NCBI GenBank assembly: GCA_017499595.2
Contig: CM039004.1
Span: 1,984,001-2,048,000 of the forward strand
Source of the DNA: Psilocybe cubensis
Taxonomy: Eukaryota
Reading direction: 5' to 3'
DNA: 64,000 nt
Position numbers and translations under genes: made by a program. Below the pieces are notes generated by a model that saw only the letters and a list, made by a program, of their open reading frames with translations, did not search any database and was not told the origin of the DNA. Below, piece after piece: positions 11,976 to 25,719 of this stretch. Position 1 is the stretch's first letter. The number at the start of each line of letters is the position of its first letter.

Positions 11976-14900
11976 CTATAATCCAAGCTCGCCATTAGAT
12001 ACAAAGTGCGATCCTCCTTTACAGCGATATCCAGAACCCATCTTAATCCACTGATATCCAGCAACGCAGACTCCCATTTCCCGCAGTTTCGCCTGTGCTC
12101 TTGCTTCCTTGGCCTGTCGCTGCCTCTCTGCTTCTCTCCGTGCACGAGCTTCAGCTTCCGCCTTTGCTTGCTCGGCTCGTGCAGCCAGCGCCTTCAGGCG
12201 CGCCTTTTCTCTTTGTCGTTGCAGTTCGGCCCTTTCGGATGCCTCTTTGGCCGCAGCCTCTGCCAGTTGCTTGTCGGCAATCATCTGTTCTTGTCGTTGC
12301 GCCTCTTTTTTCGCCTCTTCCGCCTTTTTTTCCATCTCTTTTACCCGGTTTTTCGCATCCATTTCGATCCGTGTTGCTTTTCGCTTCATTGCCTCCATTT
12401 CATTCCATAAGGCATCGTTCACACCTGGGTCCCTTTGCACTTGTTGACGAGTTTGATGCGATTGTGATTGGCTAGTGTTGGCCCTGCTTTCTCCTCCGTC
12501 ACCGCGACCACGCCCTCGTCCTCTGCCACGGCCACGTCCTCTGTCGGATGCCTTTTGAGTGTTGGCCGTCGTCCTTGTCGCAAGGGTTGGAGGTGGAGGC
12601 GGAGTAGCTGTGAGTTCTTGCATATGCAAATCGGGTTGAGCGAGACGAGGTTTAGGAGGTATCTTTGATCTTCTCTGGCGATCCTTCAGTGCAATTTTCA
12701 TCACACCAACAGCATCGACGCCAGAAAGCATCGGGCTGGCACCTGGCGCGGCAGTTGTGAGAGATACCAATGCCTTGTTGATCATCTCTTTGGAAATTGT
12801 AATCATATCTCGTGCATTGCCCCAGTCTTGAAGCTCCGCCATGTCGCGAATGAGCTCCTTGATTTCAATGTTGGCTTCTGAGGATACGTCGACGTCCCAC
12901 CCATCAGTCTGAATCTTTTTCTTCTTTAGTTCGTTACTAACAATCTTCAAGCATTGTTCAGCATCCATGTTCACGAAAACCACCTGTTCCGGGAAACGAC
13001 TTGATAGCCCTGTATTTACCGACATGAGTTGGTTCATGTCTTGTTCGTATCCAGCAAGGATGACAATGAGTTTACTTTTGAAGTCGGGGTGTGTGAGGAG
13101 ACCAACGAGTTCGTCTATTGCCTCTTGAGCGAAATGGCCAACGCTTAGGCGGTACGCTTCATCGACAAAGAGGACTTTTCCAAGAGCTTTTTCAAACAGC
13201 TTTCTGGTCTTGGGGCCGGTTTGCCCGACATATTGTCCAACAAGGTCTGAAGCGGAGCATTCGATGACGTCCCCGGATCCCAAAATGCCCATGTTATAAA
13301 ACACTTGCCCTATTTTGCGCGCCACTGTCGTCTTCCCCGTACCTTCCAAAGGGGTTCAGTCAATAAATTTTATCCATCGAACAAAACAACGTACCGGGAG
13401 GGCCAGTGAAAACAAAATTTGTGGGGATAAGCTCTCTAGGATCCATATCCCTGGCAAGGCACGCCTGAACAACTTCTTGATAATTCTTCAGCTTTTGTAT
13501 TATATCTTCGCAGCCAACAATGTCGCTGAAGATTTTGACGAGGTCTGCTGCAGCGTTGGCACTCCTGTTCCAATCGGGGTCGATGTCTTCAGCTTCAATC
13601 GTGATGACAGAGGGCCTTTCAGAGAGAGGTATTTTCGACCTTCGCGCGATCGCTCGTCCTTTTGCTGCCGTTATGATATTTTCGACTTCACCTCCATTAC
13701 CAAAGTTAGGCCGATTTCTCATCCGGCTCAAACGATCTATGGCAGTTTTCTTGGCCTGTGGAGTGGCCTCAAGCTCTTGATCCTTCAACTTCAACTCCAG
13801 AATCTTCAGAAGTTCATCATCGTTGAAATTCTCAAAGTTGAATGCTTCCTCGATTTTGAAACGTCTCGACAATCCGGGGTTCACGTTCTTGCAGCAGTTT
13901 AGGTTATGTCGTTCATATAAATTTTCGAATGAGGCATACCTGGAACATCTCAAGCATTTGATCTTTGTAACCAGCAAGGATAACGCAGCGGTCTTCGCCA
14001 GGCACATTCTGCACTTCAGCGACAATGGTGTCGATGACTGAAGTCTTGTATTGATTTGATCCTGAAGACACATCGTCACTTCCACCTCCTCCGTAAAGCA
14101 TGTATGCCTGCAAACAATCCGTGAGTAATTGTTGTCTTCGAAACGTTACAAAGGTGCTAACCTCGTCTATAATCAATACTTTACCGACTGTGTTTGCCAA
14201 AATTGCCTTGGTGTTTGCCTCGGATTGTCCCAGTGCTGAGCCGACAAAGTCAGAGGGGTTTTTCAGAATAACTGTCAATATATAACGTCTTGTCAGCCTG
14301 GTTTTCAAAATGCGTTTGAAAATGCACAAACCTTCACCGTTGCTCAGGAGACCAATGTCAGCCAGAATGCTGCCGTACAACTTTGCCACTGTGGTCTTGC
14401 CAGTACCAGGGGGTCCGAGGAACACCTTGTTCAGAGAGAAATCCAACACTCCTTTCTCCAAAAGCTCTCGCTGATAGTTCTCTTCAATGGAACTAAAAAG
14501 GCTTTTAATGGACTCCTTGACCGACTTCAACCCTATCATCTGCTGTAACTTGAGCCACGCCTTGCTTTCTTTGATGGCAGTAGAGGGATCAGGACCTATG
14601 AGATCTTCTCGCGTCATCAAAAAGTCGTCCGGTTGTTTGCCCTCCTGGCGTTCTTTTGTTAACCGAACCGCCTGTCGTTTTTTTATATGCGATAGGACTG
14701 TTTGCAGATCGCGGGCATTACCGAAACCAGGGCGACCCCGACGTCTTCCAAGACGTCGAATCGCGATACGACCATACAAGCCTGTAATCCCGCCTTCGAC
14801 TTTCATGCGTCCAGCAAAGTCCTTCTTGATATAGTCCTCCAGCATACGCATGAGTTCCGCATCTTCGTAGTCGGCAAATTGAAACTCATAAGGCACGCGA

Positions 14901-17900
14901 CTTTTAAGGCCCGGATTGTGTTCAAAAAATTTCTCCATTTCCTTATTGTAACCAGCGAAGATAAAAACCAAGGTGCCAACCCTGTTTTCCATCTCTGCCA
15001 ACAGGAAATCGAGGACTGCACCACCCCCAAAGTTGTTGCCACTTGTAAGCTGATAAGCTTCATCGATGAATATGGCTCCTCCTCCAGCTTTGACGACTCC
15101 TTCAACAAGTTTGGTGGCTTCGCCAACACCATTTTGGGCCAGTCGAGCACCCGTGGTTTCTTCGAAAGTTTCACCAGGGATAGCTTTGACGGTAGCCAAA
15201 AATTTGGCATAATGCCTGGCCACAGTCGTTTTTCCTACGTTTCTTTAGCGGATGTCAGCGTGGACGAGAAATGACACGACGTACCTGTTCCTGGGTTGCC
15301 CAGTAGGACCGCATTGAACCTTTCGCGTTTGAGAGAAGAACCTTGACGAACGCTGACATCAATTTTGGCTTTGATGTCGAGGACTCCTTGTTTGACTGCC
15401 TCCAACCCGATCATGTCCATGATGGCGTCGATAGCGTCGTTTTGTGCACCCTCGACTGTTTTCTGACGATTCCACTCGATCTGCGACGGTGACGGACCAG
15501 GGTCCTTAAAAGGTTTTCCGCTCGATGTAGACTTTAAGCGATTGTTTGCCACGTTTTGAACTGTTTTGGATGTATCACTTCCAGGAGGGGTAGATTCACT
15601 GGAGGCCATTGGTGCTGCTAACTGAGCGAACGGAGAAAATAATTTACTGAAGATAGAAGTGTTTGGAGACAGCGGCGGAACAGCAGGGTTAACATTGGCT
15701 GTTTGAATAGATCCCAAATTGCTCTCCTTCTGTTGGAAAGTAATAGCTTGTTCACGAGATAATCGAGCGCCCTGCGCTGTGATTGAAAGTGGTGGTGGAA
15801 GGATACGGTTGGCATTCGCCGCTTTGATAGATTCTAAGTCTTTCTGCTTCTGCTTGATGGCATTGGCTTGCTCCTGCAATAAGCGAGCGTCTTCTGCCTT
15901 CCGTCTCTCCGCTTCAATTTGGGCGTTAAAATTGTCCATCTTGGCTAAATGCGCCTTTTGTTCTGCATCCCGACGCGTCTGTGCAGTCAGCTCCTCCTCT
16001 TGTTTCTTTTTGGCAAGCCTTTTTTCACGTTCACATTTGGAACATGTCACAGGAGCTCCCTTGTTGCACTCCCAATGGAGAGTGTGTCCAGCCACACATC
16101 GCGAAGTCATTGGCTCTCTGCAGGGTATTTTAGAATGATTGGACAATTGGTGGCATTTTGATGGACAAGTGTGCACCCCACACGATAGAGTAACACCACT
16201 ATTTTTTAAAGCAAAATTCGCTTGTTAATGGGCATCAACATTGTTTTCATTAGGAATATTTACCAAGGCACAAGACAACCTCCATCAGGGCACTTGGAGT
16301 CGAAATCTTCGACTTGGGAAAGTATTTCGGTTGTGTTTGGGTGCTTTTCGCATTTTACTGGAAGACCTTGATAAACATGTTTCCCATCAATTAGCAAACC
16401 AAAAAATTGGTTCCAGATTTCATGTCCTTTTCGAGCGTTTTTGAATGTGTCTGAATTTCCAAGCATGATGAGGCCATTTCTAGCTCGAGACAGCAAAACA
16501 TTCAGCCTCTCTGGGGCACACATAAAACCGATATCGTGTCGAGGGTTGCTCCTGGTCAACGAAACGACAACTATGTCGCTTTCTTCACCTTGATAATTAT
16601 CTGCAAGAATGATTTAATTATCGATCTATTAGTCGTAGGTAAAACTGAGTGGACTTCACCAATTGTGGCGAGACGGATAGACCTTTTGGATAACTTGGCC
16701 ATAGCAGGATCGATCAGGCCAGCTTTTACAAGCTCACTGTTGTCCAGGTCATTTAGGATAGGGTCGTTATCCTTCTTCAGGATGTTTCGAAGTTTATGAA
16801 GTTGCCCAAGATATGGTGTTAGAATGACAAGATTCTCTGTACCATATCCTTGTTGACCGAGATATTTCACAATCTTCAAGATCATGAAAGCCTCGAATGA
16901 ATTTTGTTTGGAGGACTTCGACGCCATGTCATTTCTATCGCCGATCGCACTGATTTCGTCCTCTGGATGATCATGGTTGATGAAAATGATATTATCTTGA
17001 ACTCCCCGTAAACAAGGCCGGTTCTGTGTGTTTGGAGAGTCGATGAGTTTCGGATATGTCATCTGCCTGATAAAATTCGAGATTTCTGGTCGCATCCGAT
17101 GTTGCTGTTCAAGCGTTACATGTGGATATTCCTTAAGAATCAATCTTTCGAACAGCGAGCGATTGAGATCGTAACCCTCTCCATTTTCGACCGTAAGAAG
17201 GTAATGATTGACTTTGGGGCGCAATTGTCTAGATACGTAGGCAATTAGGGGAAATCTTGGTGCAGTAGAATGTCGAAATTTACTTACTTATGATCTCCAA
17301 TTAAGACCATTTGCGAAGTTTCGGGTCCTAGCGCAGTAAGGACATGCGACTCCAAGATTTCACCGGCTTCTTCGACCAACAAGACATCAGGATTGAATGT
17401 ACGAATTTCTTCCCTATACTTTGCTGCCGCCGTAGTTGTACAACCGACGATCCGTTTGTTTCGCAGGAGAGTGGATGTATTGGTGCTATATGCTCTGCTT
17501 AATCTGTCGACGCACCGATTATATTCCTTCGCATTCAAAACGAAATCTTCGATTGCCTCTTGGAGCAAGGCTTCTCGCCAGCCTTTTAAATGGGCTTGTC
17601 GAGTCGCATTGGGAAGGTCCCAAATGCTTTTTCTGCTTTGAGAAGATGAAATGAAAGGAAGAAAAGCCCGGTCCGGCCTATCACCATGGGCCCACTTTTC
17701 GATGAGGTAGTCGGGTTGAGCTGCCTTCCCTTGCGCCCCAACAAAAGACATCCCATCCTCTTGATCCGGAATTTGGAAGGCTTCGAAGTAATCAGGATAT
17801 TCCATTTCGAGGTAATCAAGGATGTTTGTATATGACGCTTGCGAAATATATCGTCGAAACGAAGACTGGACGCGTTGCCGGAGTTGTGCGTGCTGTGTTT

Positions 17901-19690
17901 TCAATTCGTCGATAGCCGTCCATTCAAGACGGCTGGTCCTGTTTGGCCCACGTTGTTGATGTTGGATTGTCAACGGCTCTGTTCTAGAGGTCGATTTTCC
18001 ACCAATACGGAGCATGCTTGTCTGTGGGATGCCAATGTCTAAAAGGTGGGTCAAGATGTCGTCCAAAGCATGATTTGTATAACAGACGACGAGAATAGTC
18101 TTTGACGTAAAATCATGGATTGATTTTGCTATCAAACCTCCGATGAACGATTTACCGGTTCCTAGAGTGTGATTTTTGTTAACAAAAGTCATCCTTCTAT
18201 AACAGTTGTCAACCTTCGAGTAACATACCTGGAGGTCCTTGAATCAAGGATATTTTCTGTGTTAGGCCGGATATGAGTGACCTGGCCTGCGAGTCATCGA
18301 GTTTAATATCCTTGGGTGTTTTTAAGAGACTTTTCAAGTTGACACTAGGGTCATTGCGTAAGATTTGCACTATAGATGGGATCTGTTCCGTAATGTCCGC
18401 GGGACAATTTCCCACCTTCCAGAGTAATATTTCGGAGGATAATGGTAGAGTGATTGTCTGTTGAAGTCCTTTCAGAATGGGTTCATACGCAAATGTGGCC
18501 GTATCTATCTGAATTAGCACGACATTGTCCCCCATTTTGAGCCTGCGAAGAGCATGTTGAGTGCTCTCCGCGTCCTCGAATTGGAGGACTATTTCGGGCG
18601 GATTCTTGGCCAAACGCTCTTCGTCGCGATAGATGCACGGAAACGCAATGATTTCTGTACCGACCAAGAGGCAGGCCAACGATTGGTGCTTGAAAAACTG
18701 ACGTTTATCATCCAAGAATTCTTTTCGATCTTTTCGGTTCTTCAACCTTTTCATCTCTGGAAAGTCGTGGTCGCAAACGCAAATTAAACTCCATTTCATT
18801 CGTTTCTTCTCGTCGCCAAGCTCCAGGTCCTTCAAGCGTAAGCCTTGAATCTTTGTGCCCCTATGGCGACCTTGCTTTTTCCCCAAGGCTATCTGGAGTT
18901 CTTCACGCATTTCGTGAATCATGTCTTCTCGAAGGAGTCTGAACTGGTTATCCAAATGAATCGCAACACGTGTAGGTGCATTCTCTAGTTCCTCCAATAC
19001 GCTTGCTGGCCTCAAAAAAGGCGCATCCGTTGAAGCCATCTCTTCTCCAGTAGGAAGAATGGAGATCTTGCGAAAGTCCGCAAAGTCATTGTTGTGTCGG
19101 CCACCAGGGCCTGAGCTGGACGTAATGTTGCCATGCACAATAGGCAAGGACGTGCTCAACACTTCCTTCAACTTTGATCCAATGGATTTGGTTTTCTCGA
19201 TGTGTGATGACAGAAGGATATTAATGATTTCGTCCATGTCAGACCCTTCTCTGAAAGAAGCGGCTTCTTCGGATGCCATCGTACATAGGCGGTGTAGTAG
19301 CCAGCCAAAGGAATATACGGCGTCCTCATCCAATTCGCATTTAAGGAATTTCCTTCGAAACTCCATCCAAAAGGTGGGTGGGTCGACTAGATACATTAGA
19401 ATCCCGTCGAGAAATTCTCCGTTGTTGATTGCTTTCAGTTCCGGGTGTTGGAGGTATCGTATAAGGAATGATGCATGTGTGTTCATGAACGTGAGGGATA
19501 AATCATACCGGATAGCGGCTTTCAAAGCGTCTACTCCCGTTTTCTTCGACACCAAACTTGCGATACGGTCCTCAGGGTTTGGGTGAGTATAGATAGCCTC
19601 TAAGAACTGGGGGCCATGGCTTGGTGATATTGGGGTTTTTGCCGACACAATGTCGTTGAAACGCTTATTGAGCCTCGCTTGCTTGTCCAT
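11976..19690 (-). CDS. ZNFX1/Upf1-like SF1 helicase + Cys-rich zinc fingers + three CbbX/SpoVK-type AAA+ domains + C-terminal Cys/His motif
   Basis: GRHNNDFADFRKISILPT, QGPPGTGKS, VEEAGE, IGDHK, SLFERL, QHRMRPEI, DNYQGEE, RLNVLLSRA; then three G.PGTGKTTVA / DEAY / AGY / GN.R AAA modules. All on one strand, joined by short GT-AG introns. Confidence 0.85.
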
Positions 19691-20111
19691 AGATCGTGGT
19701 CGTTGGGGAAGAGTTCTCAAAGAAGAACGCCTCTTATCGCAGAAATCAAAGGCGGCATTGGCCGTCATGCGTGAGCTATACCCACGATAATGCAAAATAA
19801 GCGCCGGTGCACGAGCCAGGTGCTTCGCTAAATGAAATCAGTGGACGCAATGTTCAGCTTTTACGACAGCATGAATCCGACGGCATCCTTAATTGAGACG
19901 AAAGTTGTATGTAAGGATTTCAATGTTTACATCATTCATATAGTCATTGATGTGTAATGACAATGTATGCAAGGTCAAGTTTGAGGTCTTTTCTACATAA
20001 TGAATGTCTATCTGTAGAGACAGGCGGTTAGAAACAGAGCCATCGACAAATTGCATTGAGATGACATACTGTTGTGAAGCCATAAATAAGGGATATAATA
20101 CAAACACATAA

Positions 20112-21233
20112 TCAGAGTGAACTTTTGTCTGCCGCAGCACGCGCATCGTGTTCTTCAATGGCTCTAGGATATGTGTGAGTAAAGGGTGAAGGACGAAGAT
20201 TATTTCCGTGCGTACATGGCCTCCCATGGATAATTAAGCCTAATAAAATGTCAGTTTGTTAACGACTAAATGAAACAGTCTATCCATACCAAAGATCCTC
20301 CACGTTGTGGCCAGCAAAGTATCTGCGATAAAGCTTAGCTCGTTATAGTGTGAATGAGACAAACGAAATAGCTTACGGTGTATCCGCTGGAAGCTCAGCC
20401 AACTTGGGCTTCAACTTGTTGTGGACGACAAAGATAGCAAATTTAGTTTTTGAGCGTAAAGCTTCCCGTTCGCTTTCAGGATAATTTAGCAACTCGGCTT
20501 CAACATCTTTCTGCAACTCAGAGAGTGCGTAACTACAATTCATTAGAAAGGCGAGGGGCAAAAGGAGGAGGGAATGAACTGACTGGAGGGTTTTGCGGGT
20601 ATCGTCGACTTCATCCTGTAAGAAACCTTATTGAAGATGTTTATGGGGTTCAGAAAGATATTATGACATACGACAATCAAGTTGTTCTTTCCTATCAACA
20701 TCTTTCCAGCATCAGCACCGCTGTATGGAGCAGCATTTAGTGATTAGTTTATCAACAGATAACGAGAATGTGTACATACAGCCATTGCGTGCGGATAACT
20801 TCGTTGCCCAACTGTTCCGCTGTAGCGCCTTCGACGGGCTCGTATAAAGACAGACCGATGGCCTGAATCTGGAGAGTCTTATTTGCTGTCTGCTCTCGCA
20901 AAAATGTACGCTAGAGAAAATCAAAAACATCAGCAATCAACGAAACCAAGATCAAAAAAATTATTGCGCACCATAACACGGGCTGGGAAGAATCCTCTGT
21001 ATAAAAATGACATCTTTAAGCCTGAGCTAAAATGAGCAACAAGGTGGCTTCCTCACCCTCCACCTAAAATGAAAATATCCGTCAGTGGAGATAAGGTTAG
21101 AACGCGTTCAGAACGTACCGATAGCAATTAGCAGATCAGGATTGAACTCTTTGGCAATTTGGGGAGTGACTTTACGGATGAGATTGTGGATGTCGTTGTA
21201 CGTGACATGCCAGTATTTTATCTGGTCGGCCAT
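20112..21233 (-). CDS. Hypoxanthine/xanthine-guanine phosphoribosyltransferase (fungal Hpt1/Xpt1 type), many small exons
   Basis: Read by hand: MADQIKYWHVTYNDIHNLI..FNPDLLIAIG, LIVDEVDDTRKTL, FVVHNKLKPK, YPWEA. Confidence 0.85.
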
Positions 21234-21370
21234 GGCTAGGTGGTGATAGAAGATAAAAGGTAGATGGATGGAAAGATAACTTTACTTTGTGAAAGCTAGA
21301 TCAAATTTCAAAATATTTGGTTGCCCGTCTAGACATGTGACTGGCTACTTGTTGATCAAGACTTTGAAGC

Positions 21371-22934
21371 ATGTCCGGTTAGATTCAAGTCTCCGTCTCG
21401 TTTTTGCGTTCTGTCCCCGGTTTACATTCTCCTCCGACAGAGCCATCGTCCAGCACAACCACTCCCAAGGCTATAGGCAGCCTTGCCAAAAAACAGAGCG
21501 ATGTGACCAGACAGGGTACCCAGAAACTCAAATTTGTTCCAACCCTTCCTCAGCGTCGGAAGAAGGAGTGAGTATCCTACACACTAGTTTTTTGTCGTGC
21601 GATCTGATCTTTTTCTACAGAGAGGTGAAAGCGGTTTGTGCTGTGCTCCTTCACGTTTTGGACGTTTGACCAATTTTGTCTATTTGTAGGAACCTACGCC
21701 AGCCGTGATACCCCCCGCGTCAACAGAACGCGGCCGTGGTCGTGGGCGAGGTCGTGGAGATGCCAGAGGCCGTGGTAGGGGAAGAGGCAACGCGCCTCCT
21801 GTTCTTGAAATGACTGCGAGTGGACCGTTCGCCATGGGACCTGCTATGGCTGGAAGTTCGTCGCGCAGGTCAACACCCCGTTCCAATTTCGTGCCCAATG
21901 TGTCGACAGACACCGCTAACCTTGGGAGTAATCTATCTCAGAACGCTCCTCCTTCGTTACGCAGAGATATTGGCCTGGCTGCAAAAAACGGACCAGTGAA
22001 GACCGAAGAGGAGGAGTATTCTGATCCTGATGAAGGCGTGGAAATCGTGGATATGGAAAACGTTCGCCAGATGGATTGGATGGCACCTGAAAGCATACGG
22101 AAGGAAAGACCAACGAAGAAAGTCAAGAAAGAGGAGGCAATGGATGACCCTGGTATGTAAAATACGGATATTATCTCCCGTTGACATCTGACGTATTATC
22201 AGCGGCTGAAGCAGTAGATGCTGCTAATGCCCTCAATCTTGAAGAAAGCGAAGAAGAAGAAGAGCTGGAGGATATCATAGAAGACTTTGCTACGCAGACT
22301 AATATTGACTCGGTAAAAATTTTATATATTCTCGAAATTTGGCGTCCTAACGGTGAAATAAAAGGATGAATCAATGAGGGAGGAGCGCCTCTATTTCTTC
22401 CAGTTCCCATCCCCTTTCCCCGATTTCTCTTCGAAGAAAGAGGCCGCAATGGAAGTTGATCCGTCACCACCTGTTTCTGATGCTGCAGGGAAAAAGGTGT
22501 CGTTTGCGGCCGACGTCAAACCAGATATAACGCCAGGCTCTTCAAGAACTGCGTCAGTTGTTCCTTCTGAAGTCGAATCTGTGAAGGCTCCTCCACTGGA
22601 TGGTGTTATTGGACAACTCGAAATATACAAGAGCGGCGCTGTCAAGATTCGATTGGCTAATGGAATTCTCCTCGATGCACGTTTGTTCCGGTTAGCTTTT
22701 GTTGAGCAGGTTCTAATAATGTCTTTTTTGTAGGTCAATGCTGCCACCCAGCCTTCCTTTTTACAGCAGGCTGTGTATCTCAACAAAGCAGAAAAACAAA
22801 TGACTGTCCTCGGAGAAGTCAACAAACAATTCGTCGTATCACCCAATGTTGACGCGTTGTTGGCGGCTGTTGAGAAGGAAGAGCAGGCCGCAAGTGTGAT
22901 TGAAGGCGAGGAAAAATTGTTGAGAATGGAATAG
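21371..22934 (+). CDS. RPC4: RNA polymerase III subunit RPC4/C53
   Basis: KLKFVPTLP, ASGPFAMG, LYFFQFP, GVIGQLEIYKSGAVKIRL, VLGEVNKQFVVSP. Confidence 0.85.
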
Positions 22935-23567
22935 TGTACTTGTCTTGTGAATTAGAGTCCCGGTAATAGATAAAATATTGTGCAAATGATCCTTGTGGAA
23001 TTGGATTGCCAATGGGTTAGGAGCACTCATATTTGTGATTAACAGCAGAGCAGGACATCGACCAGACAACTGTAACATACACGGAGAGTTTAAAGAATAA
23101 AGTTGTATTCGTACAAACATAGGACATGATGGATGGGATGACATAAATCTCTTCACAAACAGCACCACCACGAGAACACCCAATATCGCCCACAAACAGA
23201 TACGTTCTATGAGTGAAGGTAGATTAGTTTGAGTTTCAAAGATATAAAGCAAGAAAAAAAGGAAAAGAATCAGAATAGCGGATAGGACCACCAAAGCAGC
23301 CCTTCCGAAGGTAGCTGAGTTAAATTTCTGCAGTGTAGGGTGCGCTCCTACGTAAAGCCAAATGCCTCAAACATCATATATGTGGTAGAGATAAAGCAAA
23401 GGGGAAAAAAGAACGGAGATGCTCACCAAGAGGACAAGGAGGTAGCAGACCAAAAGGCATGTTGTGGATTGAAAAAAATAACAGCAAGCTTTATATATTC
23501 TTTTTTAAACTCCGCAAACTCCGAAGTCCGCTCGGGAATCGGGTGTATTCTTTCAGCCAGAACGGTC

Positions 23568-24303
23568 ATGTCCAATACACAACAGACCCCAACTTACGGA
23601 TATCCTATAGCTTCGCCGTATGTGCCTGTGGTAGCCGAGTCGTCTGCGCAGGCGCAGGCACAACAGAGTGCCCAGAGCACGGCAGGCGCTGCTGCTGCAC
23701 CCGCTGCATCAGCATCGACTTCTGCGCAGACTCCTGCCGCACAATCTCGTCAGGCGGCTGAGGAGGCCAGGAAGGACCGCACGTTGGCCGACTTTATGTT
23801 GATGTTGGACGAGTATGAGCCTTTGGTGAGTTGCGTATATTCTATCCCTGGTGTCAGAGGCACTTAAATGTTTTTTTGATGAACAAAGATACCAAATGAG
23901 GTCACAGACTACTACCTCCAACGCGTCGGGTTTGAGTGCGAAGACGTTCGCTTGTGAGTCAGCCGTGGTGTTTCCCCTTCACGTTCCCACTAATTTGCTT
24001 TTATTCTGCAGAAAACGCTTGCTATCACTCGCTGCCCAGAAGTTTGTATCTGATATCGCCGCGGACGCATACCAACACGCGCGTATTCGAACGAATGCGT
24101 CTGGAGGGCGAGCACGCGTCAACCAACCTCTTACAGGTCCTGGTTCTGCGAAGGTGTGTGTTCATGGTTCTACAGAATTGGGACATCTCATATCTTCTTA
24201 CTTCACTTAGGACAAGACGAGAACGACGTTGACAATGGACGATCTGAGTGCGGCTCTTGCAGAGTACGGCATAAACTCTCGGAAACCAGAGTATTACATA
24301 TAG
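23568..24303 (+). CDS. TAF10: TFIID/SAGA subunit TAF10
   Basis: [65 protein letters not shown]. Confidence 0.93.
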
Positions 24304-24484
24304 TTTGGCTGTTGGTATTATGGACTCTGTACAACCCTTTTCAACTAATCGTAGAATACAATGACATAAATGATGTAAAACGAACCTGGGGAAATTGGAA
24401 ACACAACAAATGAAGTCACGTGATTCATAATAATGAACACGGTTCAAGTTAACAATTACAGCTTGTCATTTAACTTCGACTTTG

Positions 24485-25719
24485 ATGACTCTCAAGCTCA
24501 AGCCATCCTCTGCTCCTTCTACACCCTTCTCGTGGGACATACCCTCGCCCTCGGCCAGCTCAGAGGCTGGCGTTCCTCTCTCACCACCGACCTCATGGCT
24601 GCCTGCGCGTGATATGAAGATCTTTGGGGCACGACCCCTCACGTCTACTTCAGATATCGGTCTCGTCAAGTGTGGCGATTGTGGTAAACCCATACTACGG
24701 AGCTTCATATTAGAACACTCAGGTACATTCATTGCATCAAGTATCTTGAGGAATACATAAACTCATTCACGTCTAGACACATGTGCCCTCATCCGAAGTG
24801 GAGGAAAGAAAGGCGCCAAGGGCAAGGCCAATGCTGCAGACGGTGACGGTCAGGCATATTCTGAGATGGCCAATTTATAACAAGCATGCTGACAAGTAAT
24901 ATGTTATGTTCAATAGACAAGAAAGGAGGCAAGAAGCGCAAGGCGTCTCCCTCACCGGACGAGCCGTCAAAGAAGAAGGCCAAGCCCGCGACAAAGGTGA
25001 CCAAAGGGCGCATGAAGGGTCCCGTGGACTATGACAAGCAGTGCGGTGTGATCAACGACAAAGGCATGCCATGCTCGCGTTCGCTGACATGCAAATCGCA
25101 CGCCATGGGCGCTAAGCGCGCCGTGCAAGGGCGCTCACGCAAGTACGACGAACTGCTGCTCGAGTGGCAACGCGCGAACAACCCCAACTTTGTCGAGCCT
25201 GTAAAGCGCGAGACTAAAGCCGAGAAGAAGGAGAAGAGGGAGAAGGAAAAGTTGGAAAAGAAGAGGCTTGCGGGCGAGGCTGCTGCGGCGCTTGGCGTGG
25301 ATCCAGCGACGATGAGCAAGAAACTAGCTGCGGCGGGTTCGAGCAAGAAGATTGGGAAGAAGGCCGCTGCTGCTGCGGCCGCGCAGCAGAGGTTGGCGGA
25401 GGAGCTGAGGGAGGATGTCGATGAGGATGTTGAGGAGCTGGACTCGGAGGTCGAGGTGGAGGAGTTGATCAAGAGCGTGCGCGTGGCGAAAGAGAACGGG
25501 GTTATTGGCGTACCTCTGGCTGTCCCTTGCGATGCGGGGACTTGGTTTATTCAAAGAAGGGAGCGTGTGAGGTGCTGTCGAGATCTGCTCTTCAACGCAT
25601 TGGGAAGCGCTGGTGGAACAGGGGCACCTGGGAGCATGATCACTTCTACCATGGGATTGATGAACAGGAGTACAAGTTTGACTGCCGGAAATCCTGGCGG
25701 TATACTGCGACTGGCTTGA
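24485..25719 (+). CDS. SGF73: SAGA deubiquitination-module subunit Sgf73/ataxin-7 (SCA7 domain)
   Basis: N-terminal zinc finger VKCGDCGKPIL..H..C; SCA7 domain PVDYDKQCGV..CSRSLTCKSHAMGAKRAVQGRS. Confidence 0.88.

Noticed and set aside
11976-15300. CbbX-like AAA domains as a sign of bacterial contamination or a Rubisco-activase role
   Set aside because: The domains carry spliceosomal introns and are fused to a eukaryotic helicase among fungal genes.
19889-20227. 112-aa minus-strand ORF
   Set aside because: Overlaps the last exons and 3' UTR of the phosphoribosyltransferase in another frame; no recognisable protein features.
22839-23294. 151-aa hydrophobic minus-strand ORF
   Set aside because: No ATG start or recognisable motif, and it overlaps the RPC4 end. 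A small membrane-protein gene cannot be excluded but is unsupported.
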